In this document: piece by piece, positions 36,640 through 49,379 of the stretch | How the letters are laid out: each line of letters starts with the position of its first letter | Position numbering within the stretch: the stretch's first letter is position 1 | NCBI RefSeq assembly: GCF_009834535.1 | Contig: NC_045696.1 | Coordinates: forward strand, 74,526,001 to 74,590,000 | Source: Camelus ferus | Lineage: Eukaryota | Direction of reading: 5' to 3' | DNA length: 64,000 nucleotides | Program-made: the position numbers and the translations under genes | The notes under the pieces: generated by a model | What the model was told of the DNA's origin: nothing | Databases searched by the model: none | Seen by the model: the letters and a program-made list of their open reading frames with translations, nothing else

Positions 36640-37925
36640 AATGTTAATTTCTGGTATACAGCAAAGTGATCCAGATCTATGTACACATATATGTATATAT
36701 ATATATTCTTTTTCAGATCCTTTTCCATTATGGTTATTGTAACATTGGATATAGTTCCCTGTGCTATACAGCATAAACTTGTTATTTATCTATTTTATAT
36801 ATAGTAGTATGTACCTGCAAATCTCAAACTCTCAATTTATCCCTCCCTCTCCTTTCCCCTTTGGTAACCATAAGTTTGTTTTCTGTCTGTGAGTCTATTT
36901 GTAAATAAGTTTATTTGCATCATTTTTTTAGATTCCACATATAAGTGGTATCATATATTTGTCTTTCTCTGACTCCACTTAATATGATCATCTCTAGGTC
37001 TATCCATGTTGCTGCAAATGGCATTATTTCATTCTTTTTATGACTGAGTAATATTCCATTGTGTGTGCGCGTGTGTATTTATATGCCACAATTTCTTTAT
37101 CCACTTTGTTATCAATGGACATTTAGGTTGTTTCCATGTCTTGGCTATTGTTAATAGTGCTGCTGTGAACACTGGGGTGCATATAAATTTTGAATTAGTT
37201 TTTTTCCTTTCTGGATATATGCCCAAGAGTGGGATTGCTGGATTATATGCTAATTCTATTTTTAATTTTTGAAGAAACCTCCATACTGTTCTTCATAGTG
37301 GCCGCACCAGTTTACATTCCCACCAACAGTTAAAGAGGGTTCCCTTTTCTCCACACTCTCTCCAGCATATATTATTTGTAGACTCTTTAATGATGGCCAT
37401 TCTGACTGGCGTGAGGTGATACCTCTTTGTAGTTTTGATTTGCATTTCTCTAATAATTAGCAACGTTGAGCATCTTCTGATGTGCCTGTTGGTAATCTGG
37501 ATGTTTTCTTTGGAATGTCTAGTTAGGTCTTCTGCCCATTTTTTTGATAAGGTTGTTTGTTTTTTTGTTATTGAGTTGTATGAGCTATTTGTATATTTTG
37601 GAAACTAATCCCATGTCATTGGCATCATTTGCAAATATTTTCTCCCGATGCGTAGGTTCTCTTTTCATTTTATGGTTTCCTTTGTTGTACAAAAGCTTGT
37701 AAGTTTGATTAGGTCCCCTTTGTTTATTTTGGCTTTTATTTCTATTGCCTCGGAGACTGACCTAAGAAAACGTTGCTATGACTGAAGTCAGAGAATGTTT
37801 TGCCTGTGTTTTCTTCTAGGAGTTTTATGGTCTTACTGTCTTATATTTATAAGTCTTTAAGTCATTTTGAGTTCATTGTTGTGTATGATGTGAGGGGTGT
37901 TCTAACTTCATTGATTTACATGCTA
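36640..37925 (-). mobile_element. 5'-truncated L1 (ORF2 3' part plus 3' UTR), abutting a MIR at ~36470-36640
   Basis: Remnant ICTPVFTAALLTIAKTWKQPKCP. Alignable by eye with 12140-13460. No clear poly(A) tail or TSD. Confidence 0.9.
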
Positions 37926-38163
37926 AAGGAGGCCTTTCTAAAGCTTCCGGATGAGTTTTTCTTAACTGTAACTTCTTGTATAGAGAAAAAATACTTGAGG
38001 GGCAACAGAACACTTTCTTGGCATTCACAGATGTACATCTCGGTAGGGCAACTATTTGCAAGAGGCTATGAAAGTCCGTAACAGGTATAAATGGACAGAC
38101 TTTGTTGAGGTGTGAATTTTTAATCTCAAGCAGAAAGTCTCCTATACAGGAGCAAGTCAGTTT

Positions 38164-38354
38164 TAGGGTGTCCAGATAAAATGCAGAGTGCCCAGCTAAA
38201 TCTGAATTTCCGATAAACAGCAAATACATTTTAAGGTAAACATTTCCCAAATATTGCATGGGACATACTTATACTGAAAATTATTCATTGTTTATCTGAA
38301 ATTCAAATTTAACTGTGCATCCTGTATTCCTCTTTGCTAAATCTGTCCATCTTG
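38164..38354. mobile_element. MER53 palindromic hAT MITE
   Basis: Long imperfect palindrome agggtgtccagataaaatgcag...cccaaatattgcatgggacatactt...ctaaatctgtccatc. Confidence 0.85.
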
Positions 38355-39825
38355 ATCAATTAGGTACTTTGGAACAGCCAAGTGTTTCGGCTAAACTTTG
38401 TGGGTCTTTTATTGTCGTGCCAGATACGGGAAACCTTGAGAAGCGATAAGCATCTTGCATTTTTTCCTGAGGAAAAAGACCATCAAGTGAGACATTAAAT
38501 GGATTCTGAAAATAAGGTCTGCTTGAGGTGTCAGCAGATGCTGAGGAAATAACTCTCAGCAGAGGTGTGGCCCAGAAGCACGCCGCGAGCTGGTACCGGC
38601 ACCTCTGTCTCCACCAGTCTCGGGACCTCTCCCTCAGGAACTGCAGGTGTCCGTGTACGCAGCTTTAACACCGTTTGTCACTTCATACGTTCTGTAAAGA
38701 GTCAAAAGCAAGCCTCCCCTCATACTGTATGTAGTTGAAGTGAGAGGAAATTGTTGGCGTGAAACCTAGGTGGAGCTTAAAATTCTAGCCTTGGTCAGTA
38801 GGAGCTTCAAAATAGAACTGAGACTAAAGAATCTTAACCTTTTCAAAAGTGAGGGCCCCTTTTTAATGACAACATAAATCTCATCCCCTTTGATAGTAAT
38901 ATTTTTAATATTAGCATAATGTGGAAAAGCGACTATAGAATGAAGAATGCTTTTAAATGAATGTGCTTATTTATCATGACAAATATTTAAAACAATTTAA
39001 ACTTGTTACATATATGTGTGAAACATTTGAAAACAATTCACTTGTACACTGTACAATCTTCTGAGGCCCCCAAAAGGACTCTGAGTTCCCAAAGTTAGGG
39101 AACAGGGTTAGACTATCTTCATTGGAAAAACCTGGAGTTTCTTGATGAGGCTAACGAGTTAGACAGTTGTGCTACTCTCAGGCCCTCAGAGACTGCGCCC
39201 CGGGGGCAGGAGCAGCCCGGGCAGGAGGGCGTTCCAGGATCTTCCTTCTCCAAGTTCTTACAGGCCCAGGATGATGAGAGGAAATGGAGTCAGTCATTCA
39301 AGCTGCCACCCTGTGCTGAGGAAGCCAGAAAGGGCTCCCAAAGTAAACTCTCCATGTGCGTATGTTATGAATCCTCCTCTCTTACTTGGTTACAAGAAAT
39401 CCAAAAGGGGGGATGATGCGAACACCCACTCCCTTCATAACCCAGGTTGCTACATACAGTGCAACCATTTCCCAATCACCCTTTATTTCCAGGCAGATCT
39501 AACAATATACAAGAGCCAATGTCTGGATTGTGTGCACCAGAATCAGAAATCCAGCCTCGCTTTAAGATTTCTTACCAGATGCTTGATGGTGACTACCTTG
39601 AAGGATTCAATGGAGTTAAGTGTACAGAAAGCTTTTAAGAAGACCACAGAAGATACACGTTAAAGCAATGCCATTCTTAGCAAAGACAAGTTTGTCAAAT
39701 ATAATACGCGCCCCAGGAGACAGGGGAGCTGAAGAGGGCAGTCCTGGCAAGTAGACCAGGTGCACGAGCAACAGAGCACAGTCGTGGACCAGAGGGGCTA
39801 GAGGGCTTCTGGACAGCATCTGACT

Positions 39826-40290
39826 CAGCGGGTCACAAGCTGTGTTCCCGGACTCCTTTACACTTTAACAGTTACTGAGAACCTCGAGGGGCTTGTGTGT
39901 ATGTGAGCTGTAGCTATCAATCTTTACCATGTTGGAAATTAAATAGAAAAGTTTAAAAGAGTCATTGAAAAGTAATAATAATTACCTGTTAACATAAATT
40001 ATATATTTTACAAAAAATAATTCTCTGAAACAGTGAAGTGAGAAGAGTAGCATTCGTCATTTTTGCAAATTTCTTTAATATCTTGCTTAATAGAAGACAA
40101 ATTCTCACATCTGCTTCTGCATTCATTCCATTGGGATATCATACATCATATAGTCACTGGAAAATTCTATTGTATATTTATGAGAAAATGAAAGTAAAGA
40201 GGTAAAATAAACACCTCAGCATTATTATAAAAATAACTTTGACTTCACTGCTCCCCAGAGTTCCCCAGACCACACATGGAGAACTATTGA
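39826..40290. mobile_element. hAT-Charlie (Charlie1-derived) deleted element
   Basis: cagcgggtcacaagctgtgttcccgga...ccagaccacacatggagaactattg ends, with the internal motif gtgagaagagtagcatt...ttttgcaaat. Confidence 0.65.
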
Positions 40291-40868
40291 TCTAACTTAA
40301 TGATAAGAACTTTCACATAAATTGATTCAACTGCACCTCAGAACAAGGTTTTAAAATGACATCCTATTCTCTCTGTAATTCTCGGTTTCCAAGCTGAGGA
40401 AACCGAGGCTTGGAGAAGCTAAGAAATTTGCCTGTGGCTAAATAACTGGGATTCAAGCCCAGGGGCTTTGATAACAAACTCCACTCAACCTCCTGGATTT
40501 CTTGTTTCTAAGTGAGGCCAGATGCTTCCTCTGATCATATAAATCATGTCTGCAAAAGTCTTCAAATCATTCCAGAGAGGGGGCAAATCAGATGCATTAA
40601 TGCTTTAGCAATGGTTTTGCTATTACTTTTCCTGTCCCACGTGACATGCGTAAAATAAAATATGCTTTCCTTTTTTTTTCTGATTTCACTATTTAACAAT
40701 ACCTTTTCACAAAGGAATGAAGAGAAAATCAGAAAGTTGTTCATCTGGTGATCCAAAACACCAGAGAGGTGATTTAGGATTTCGGACTGTGACAACTTAA
40801 TTCATTTTTAAGTTTGCTAACTCTGAAATCTGTTGCATTTTTAAATGTCTGTTTTTCTACCCTCTTAG

Positions 40869-41073
40869 AGAAGCAGTCAGCAATTTTCTCACTGCCCTCA
40901 GTTTGCAAAGAAAGAGCAGGAATCAACAGCAAGTTCCTCATCCTGCAATCTCTGGGAACATCTGGGCTGCCCTCCGAATCGCTCTTTCTCTGATGGACCA
41001 ACCGGAACTCTTCCAGGCAGCTAATCTCGGTGACCTGGATGTCCTCCTAAGAGCTTTCAACTTGGATCCTTGA
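40869..41073 (+). CDS. PEX5L: PEX5L last coding exon (EAVSNFLTALSLQRK...LLRAFNLDP*)
   Basis: cctcttag acceptor and TGA stop at 41071-41073. The seven exons total 1059 nt, which is 352 aa plus stop. Confidence 0.97.
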
Positions 41074-44000
41074 AGGAAAAGAAAAAAATAAAAAATAATA
41101 ATCCCTTATCTGTGTAATTATACCGAGAAATACAAAACTATTTTATTATGAATTCCAACAAGGATAAAACGGATGTTCAAAAGACCATGGTGATGTAACT
41201 CAAGAGAATTCCTACAGATAATGCCCAGTTTTGTTCGGATCCAAAAGCACAAAATGTTGTATACAGAGTCAGGGTTGGGCTCGAAAGAATGGAGAGACAC
41301 AAGACAACCCAAGATAAAGTATCGGTACGTGAATGCTCTTCACAAGCTGCAAACATATTGCAAGTATTTTCTTTGGGGTTTTTGTCCCCACCTGCAGCTG
41401 GTGACGCATCTAAGGAACTTGCTCGTGGGATACCTAGAGAAAGCACTGCCTCGGATCAGGGAATTCTGACTGTTTCTGAACTGTCCCCTGAAATTCCCCC
41501 CTTACCAGATTGAACATAGTTTGAGCCAAGGTGCATGCACATATATTAACTCTTGACTGAAGAGAGGCATTGCTTAAACCTGTTCCAGTTTTAACTTTTC
41601 CTGTAGCCCTTTGATTCCAGAGAGGGAGCTTTGCTGGCAAAAGCTGTTTTTGCACTAGAAATTTTTGCTGTTCCCAATTAAAACTTTTCTGGGACTGTAA
41701 ATATGCACTTTATTATCTTATTTATGCCTTGCTGGAGTTTTGTTTTGTTGCTCCAATTTTTAACTTGGGGGTGAAAGATTTGAGAACTCAGCCTTGTTAG
41801 ATCAATGGACCAAATAAAAACTCCTGAAAATAGTTTTTCACAGTGTAGGATTTTGAAAGGAGTGTTTTTCTTAAAGCAGATATGACATAGGGTGTAAATA
41901 TGTCAAACATAGATCTTATTCACATGCTTTTCGGGAACTGTATGAATATAAGCAAGAGATAAGGTAGCATCTCTTCACAGATTCTCTGCAGGGAGAAACT
42001 GCGATATTGTGATTCCTATTGAGTTAACATTAACTTGCTTAAACGTCATATTTTCCTTGCTAACTGCCCTGCACATCTATATTCCTTTTAAACTGTCAAT
42101 ATTTTAAACAGTATTTAAGAGAGAAATATTTTAAATAGTATTTGAGATAAATACATCTTTTCTTAAGAATTACGTGTTTTCTTAGTTCCACAATCTGCAC
42201 TGCTCACTCTTTCGCATTTTAAGTGATAGAAGATCAGTTTTTTCTAGCTGAACCTCACGGAATGTCAGTGGTTTAATATGAATGGTGCATGCCTGGCTCT
42301 CACTTTGAACATTTATCAAGTATCAGGAATTTTCTGTTGGCTGTGTTTTATTTACTTGGTTATATTCTACTTAGTTCTTCAGAGTGCCTTCTGCCTGTTG
42401 GGAGTCTGGTGATGACTTGGAAAGACATCATTTTTTTAATAATTAGAAAAATTACAAAATGCTAACCAAAATATAACTTCACTGATGTCCAAGTCTAGTA
42501 ATGAGTCATGGTGCACTGTCCCATTCTTCTTTTGTCTCCTTCCTTCTTCCAGACTCTTCCCCAAAGCAATTTGATCCCAACTTTTTCTTCATATTCTTTG
42601 GTTAGTAATAGCTGGTTACTTGCATGATCAGAGTTACCACGCAAAACAGCATTTGGCTCCAGAGTGTGACTGGGGGAGGAGAGACGCATGTATGTGCTGA
42701 GACGTCCAGTTCCGGATCCAGGTAGGGATCTTCTCTCCTGTTGGAAATTGCTGGGGTAGGAAGGGGAGCCAAGGACACATGAAACCACAAGTCCTTGAGG
42801 CTTCCATACATCGTAACCTATTTCAGTTTGTAAGGACAAAGAGTTGAGGGCACTCTGGTGGTACCCAGCTTCTATCTTCCCATCAAAGCCCACTTGGGCT
42901 AGGTGATGCCTCCCGCTGGCCAGCAGGGGGCAGAGGCGTTCAGTCACTCACTGCTGGGCAGTAGATCACAACCCCATGTTGGCCTGCTTTCCTGCAGTCT
43001 GAGAAGCAAAATAAAGCTCAATATTTTCTAAAGAATAAATGGTATTATTTAGAATTTTAACATCCTTGAAACTCAGTCTGGGAGGGACTCTGGGCCAGCC
43101 TCCAACCCATGAGAGCTGCCTGCCTGAATATCCCGGATAGAACAGCATCCCTTCTCTGCGTGTTCCTCCTCCCAATCCTGTGCATTCACCAGCTGGCCAG
43201 CTGACACGTGCAGCCATCAGAGTCCATTAGGAGAAAACCTGACGGGTGTTCTGTTGATGATGTCATTCTACACTTCCAACAGTAACTGAATTTGCAGTAA
43301 TGATCAGCTGTTTTCTTAGCCTTGCTGGCACTACCTGTGTGAGATCAGTAACAATTGAAAGCCTCACAGTAGCACAAGTGCAGGATATTTCAATTTGCTT
43401 ATTGCTAAGTGGTGGCAAAGTCTGTAGCCCAAGTTTTATTTTGCTTTTGTAATACAAAGTAACTTCAAACTCCAAAAAGTTGTGTTAGAGTAAACAGTGT
43501 TCCATTCCCATCATAATTTGGTAATTTGCAGAGCATTCAGTAAGATTTTCTCCAATATATCCGTGTCCATCAGAAGCAAGATTTTCATGTCAAGGAGTAC
43601 AGAATTATTGCCCAAGCTGCTTTTCAATAATACTTTTAAACAAATTTAAGTAAAAACAGTTACTAGAAAGCAAGTGGAAGTTTATAGAAATCAGAGCACC
43701 ACCAAAAATTAAGTAGCAAGATTTTAAAACAGTCCTTATTGGTTTTTTGTTGTTTTTTTTTTTTAAGCGGAACTGTTTTTGGCTTCTTATCCTCCTGGTG
43801 TGAAATTGTCATTTACGTTACTCTTTCCACTTGAAAGGTAGGATGTTTTGGGTTACCTTCTGGGGCACCATGGGAAGGCTTTGAGTATGCTTTTTCTTGT
43901 TATTACTGAGGAGTAGCCTAAGATCTCTTAGACAATGGTAACATTTTTACTAAAAGGGCTACTCAGTTTCATAAATGTGACTTTCAAGGAACAATTTCAC

Positions 44001-47000
44001 TAGTAGATGGGATGAAAATGCAGAGAAGGCTGGTGATCATTGCTGAATTTCAAAATATAACTGTGTCTAGTGGGCTATTTCTGTGTCCTATACCTTACCA
44101 GTGAGGAGGAGGTGGAGGGATAGGAAACAGGAGCAGTAAGGCAATCATGGTGAGTCATCATTCCTTTTGCTCTCTTCCAAGATCACTTCCCATGACTCTC
44201 CTTGAAAGAACGGCAGGTCTTGTGCACTGGGAAACTAATAGAAAAGCTATGAGCTGTGCTCTCTCAGTCTGCATTGCAACTAGAATGGCAAATTTGTGAC
44301 ACTTAACAGGCCTGGAATGTCCAGGACCCACTCTCTTTCAGAGTAGTATGCCACTTTCTGCATTCTTTAAAGAGAACTATGTTAAATCTTAGGTCCATGT
44401 CTAGATACTACTATTAGATAAATCTTTCCAGTGTGTTTGTGCTATACAAGCAAGACTCAAACACAACTGTAGCTAGTCCCAGTTATGACAGGAGCACCCA
44501 AACTCCGTGCTGTGAACTTGGTGTGCTCCTTGGGCAGAGAGAGAAAGCAAGATGGTCATTTTGTCTCCCTTCATTTGTCCTTGAATCAGTGACACAGGAC
44601 TGGACTGTAAGTTGTTGCTGTTTTATTGCTTGAAACGCTTCTAATAGCACTATAGAAACAGGGTATTTTCACGGCTTAATTTGTGTGTCATCTTTTGGAG
44701 GCCTCTTGTTTTAGAAATTACTACACATGCACATGCATGATTTCAACTTTGTAAAATAATTTCAAATTTATTCCCTCTCCGGGTGTTATGGCACAGTTTC
44801 CCTATCATCTCAGTATTTATAGAACTGGTTGAAACTACACTGTTTTGAACTAAGAAGTAGATAGATCTATATATTTTTAAGGAGTGGTTTATAGATGAGC
44901 TCTGGCATAAGGTTTGTAAAAAGGCGGTTTTTAAAAAGTAAGACTTACAACCTCAGGTACCAAAATAACGCATGCATTATTAGTACTTGCAAATCTGCCT
45001 ACTCCAATATTAACCAAAGCATGCAAGAGAACTTTACTGAATGTAAATCTACCCAGTGCATGAGTAAGTCTCATAGGTTAGCGTATTTTTCCTTGCTTCT
45101 GAACAAGGAAGCATTTTCATAAACTTTGTGTTCCAGTTTTTCTATTTGCTTTCAAAATCCTGTCCTGGAGACTGTTCTCATGCTGTCACACGTCTGGTTT
45201 ATGCAGTATTGCAGCCAGTGCCAAACTGGTCCTCTGAGGAATCCAGGTGTTTAGACATCCAAACGATTTTTAAAAACCAGTTGAGGCACAACAACAGATG
45301 CAAGATGGAGACAAAAATCCTTGTGTTTGAATGCTGCTAAACAAAATCATGTTGATTGCCTCAGCAGTTTTGGGTTCTAAATTCTGAATAGTGCATTTCA
45401 AGTTGTTTGTAAATTAGAAATACTGACATTCTAAATAAGATGGGGAGGTTAGGGTAATGTCAGGCACATGAAAACCATCAAAAGGCACGGTGGACATGGG
45501 GCCTTAATTTCTGCAAATGCCCCACAGTGTGTGGGGTGTCTGTCACACCATTGTCCTCACCACGGCCCTACTTGTAAGTGAGCTACTTGGGCCCACATTC
45601 CTTGAGAAATTGGACTTGGTCAATATATCTAAAAACATTGAAATTCAGGGTTGATGAGGTGATTTCACAGTCACTCAACCTTAACTGTAAAGTTCTCTCA
45701 CTGCCTTTTTCTGTGACCCCTGCTTTATGAAAAAATAAGGGCAAGGAGACCAGAAAATGGAGGGAGCAAAGTTCGAAAGACAGTGAGGACATTGTATGTT
45801 AGTGACAGCTTTGTCCTCATTTCACACACCCCTGCACGCCCACACCTACAGATGAGCTCCAAGACAGAATTCCCCAAGTACCGGCAAAGACCATCGTGTG
45901 GCAGCATCAAACAGGTAAGAGAAGGAAAAAAAAACAGAAAACTCAAGTGAGATTTAACAAACTCTTATGTGGCATTTTGCCTCGAATAGTTTCCACTACC
46001 TGCACGCTCTGCAGAAATACCAAAAGAACAGACTCTGAAAACAAGTGCCCCGATCCCCAAAACCTCAGCCCTGTTTTCTCAGGACCTACCTGAGCAAACT
46101 CTCCTGGAGCATTGCAGAGCATCACAGCACAGCTCCCACAGGTCCTGTGGAAACCTGCAAACCTGCACTCAAAATAAGATTAAAAAAAAAAAAAAAAAGA
46201 GGCAGTTCTTTGCCCAAAAATAAAATGGGTGTAGGTTTTTTTTCCTTTTCCTTTGAATTCCTTGGAAACGGTGTGATAAAAAGGACTAGGGGATATATAC
46301 ACTCACTCAATGAGGCAGTTTGGCATTTTCACCGAGACACATAAAAATACCATTAAAAACCTGTGCCACGTGAAAAACACATTCATGATTGAATGTGTTA
46401 CCAGTACTTAAAGGAAACTTTTAACAATTTATTTTCAATTCCCCCCCATATCATCTAATCCAAGCCCTCTTCAATTTTCATTGCCCAAGTTTGTTTATAT
46501 TTGTTGGGGAGAAAAAAACCTGATTAATTTAGTAAACTTTATACAAACTATAACAAGCATTTATTAACTATTTAGAAAAGATATTTCTATATATTTTATA
46601 TATCTATGAATATTGCGTATCTAGTCTGATCTAAAATACTGTTTGAGACAGATTCTTCTGTGATGCTTCCTTATGCTCAATGTTTAAAATCTTGGGATTT
46701 CATTTTTAAGCTGAAATAGGTAACAAAAAATTTAACCTTAAATGTTTACATTGAGTTTTCAAGTTAAAACCAACCCAAACTAAGTGACCTATAGGAAATT
46801 AATGGCAATTGGGGTGTAAGTTATTGGCATAGTACATGATGATGTATCTGTACTTAGTGAAATATATATCATAGCACAACTCTATTTCCCTCTGTTGCTC
46901 TTTGAAATAAAATTACTATCATAAAAATAATCTCTTACCATATTGATGTGTTTAATTTATTCCACTGGCTTACCAAGATGAAGGTAGTATTTTTGTACTA

Positions 47001-47385
47001 TAATTGGAAGCATGCCTTCCCTTTTCACATTATTAAATTGTATTTATATCTGTGCAATTTTAAACTATGTTTTCAAATAAACTTTGTGGCTTCAAAGTCT
47101 TTTCAGAAATCTTTGAAAATGAGTTACTGGGTTCAGAATTGCTTCAAATCAAATAGAATCTAATTTGTACTACTGATTAAAAGGTTCTTTTTATTGACTA
47201 TCAGTCACTACATATGACTTTGCATGAGTTATCTGGAAATCAAGCATGCGTTTTAGATACAAAGCAAAACTTTAAAATCGTACTCCTTTGTTAATTTTTA
47301 AAGACTAAAATATTATTTAACCTGAAATTGGATTTTGTGATTTTTTTGTTTTTAGAATAAAAGTATTAAAATATATTTCAGTTTT
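41074..47385 (+). other. PEX5L: PEX5L long 3' UTR (end approximate)
   Basis: Repeat-poor, AT-rich stretch after the stop codon, ending at tandem poly(A) signals. Interspersed repeats (L2) resume at ~47400. Confidence 0.65.
47356..47370 (+). terminator. Probable distal PEX5L polyadenylation signals AATAAA and ATTAAA
   Basis: AATAAA 47356-47361 and ATTAAA 47365-47370, with a U-rich upstream stretch and a GT/T-rich downstream element (47381-47404). Confidence 0.6.
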
Positions 47386-47403
47386 AGGGTCTTTTTCTTT
47401 TTT

Positions 47404-47830
47404 TAATCAGTCAAGAAATATTTCAGCACCTACTAAGTTGCAGGCACTGTTCTAGAGTAGGACAGTGGTAAGTAAATCAAATCAAGCCCTTGAAGAGCTT
47501 AGATTTCTGGGAAAGATCAACAAATACATGAGTAAGAACGCCACGTGCTGCAAAGCGCTAAGAAGAACAAGGCAGGTAAGGGATTCTGAGAGTGACTGGG
47601 GCTCCTTCATAGGTGGTCAGGAAAGGTTTCTCATAGGTGACCTTAGAACTGAGATTTAAATTACAAGAAGCCAGCCAAGTGGAGCTGGGGACAAGCGTCC
47701 TGGCAGAGCCCACAGCTAGCAAAAGATGCCAAGACAGGAACAAGTGTGGTGTGTGCTTAAGGAAAGCGAGCCCAGGGAGATGTGAGGTGTCCGGACGGAG
47801 ACGGGAGGACTTCCTGGAGCAGGGAAAGGG
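47404..47830 (-). mobile_element. L2 LINE 3' fragment
   Basis: agaaatatttcagcacctactaagttgcaggcactgttctag. Confidence 0.7.
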
Positions 47831-49379
47831 CGGACTTACCCCGGGGGGGACGAATGCCACTGATGTGGAAGTTTGTGTTTCCGAGATGCCTACTAAAGTC
47901 CTTGAGTGGTCAGGTTGGGGACGGAGACAACAGGCTCTCCCTCTTGACTGCCCCTGCTTCCGATCTGCGGCAGCACTTCAGGTGGGATTCTGTTTTCTCC
48001 TCTAGAAAATCAAGCTGTACATCTTTCTTTCCTGCTCCACTGTTACTCTACACGCAGTAAAATGCCATCTACCTAGTGGTGAATTGTGGCTCCTCTCCCC
48101 ACCTGCTGCATCACTCAAACTCCTATGTCTCCTACCCTCCCACTTTAAATGTGAATTATGTTAATGTCCCCAAACAGCTGCTTCACCCCAGTGTATACAG
48201 AAGCAGCCCAAGGTCTGAAGGGTCCTTTACATTTCTGTACAGGGCTCCTTGAGGTAGTACCTCAACTAGCCAGTACTTCAGGGCTCACAAGGACTGACCT
48301 GTTTTTTTCCTTACTTACATCGCATAATAAATAATGCCACCTAGTTAATCGTCAGTGAATCAGAACGTGAGGAACCAATGGTTAACATTAGTTTAGTTCC
48401 ACAGGGCAAAAAACTGATTCTCAGTAGGTGCTCTGCTCGAGTCTGCTCACTGTTTAGAAGGGTGGAGACCAGGCAGTAGAGCCTTTCCAGCCTGAGTTCT
48501 TTGAAAGGGAAACAGAAAAGGAAACTAGCAATTTACTAGAAGCTACCACGTTTCTAACCTGCAGTTTTAAACTCAGTGGGCGCCCAAGGTCCTAAGTCTT
48601 TGCTCTACTGATAATTGCATCCAGGCCATAATTGATATTCCTGCAAATAATTAACAATAGCAAAAACTGTGCCAGGTGAAAAAAATAATGTCTTAAGAGA
48701 TTTAAAGACAGGTGAAAGATCCCATCTAATACTAAAAACTGCACAAACTGACCTGGGAAAAAGTAGGCTTGAGAAATTACCAAGATGATGACCAACACTG
48801 CTTGTAGTAAAATGTGCTATTGGTTAAAAGCTGATAAAAGAACAAAATCCTCTCGACAAAATTTAGATTTACAAAATTTGACCTGGGAAAGCTGGGCCGA
48901 GTGGAAACAACGGCTGCAAAGGGGAATTTGCAATAGCAAAAGTTATAATAGTGAGAAAAACTGATGAGGATGGAAAACAAACTGATGACTCAGACCGTCC
49001 TTATAAAATGTACAGAATTGTTAACAATTAAAGTAAGTTCATTAGAAAGGAAAATGTAAAAGTCTGGGAAGAGTTTGGGTAACTTTCTTACCCCCTCCTC
49101 TCTCCTCAAATCCCCACTCTGCCCCACACCTCCCCTAAGCTGGCCATGCTTCCTACTTCCCTGAGGCAGTGAAGGCAGACACGAGAGAACTCCCAGACTC
49201 ACGGCACTCAGTCTCCTGCTTTCCTGGCTGTGGCATCGACACTCCGGTCCCTGCCTTCCTCCTGTCCCCATGCAGGTCTTCCAGGCCCTGCCTAGAGTCG
49301 GCTCCGACTTTGGCACCAGATTCCATCACCTCTTGCCTGTTCAAGAATAATGGCTCAGCACTTCTTCCCTCTCCCTCCT

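Noticed and set aside
39169..39663. 164-aa ORF, the longest in the track
   Set aside because: Non-ATG start, intronic location, no recognisable domain and no supporting splice structure.
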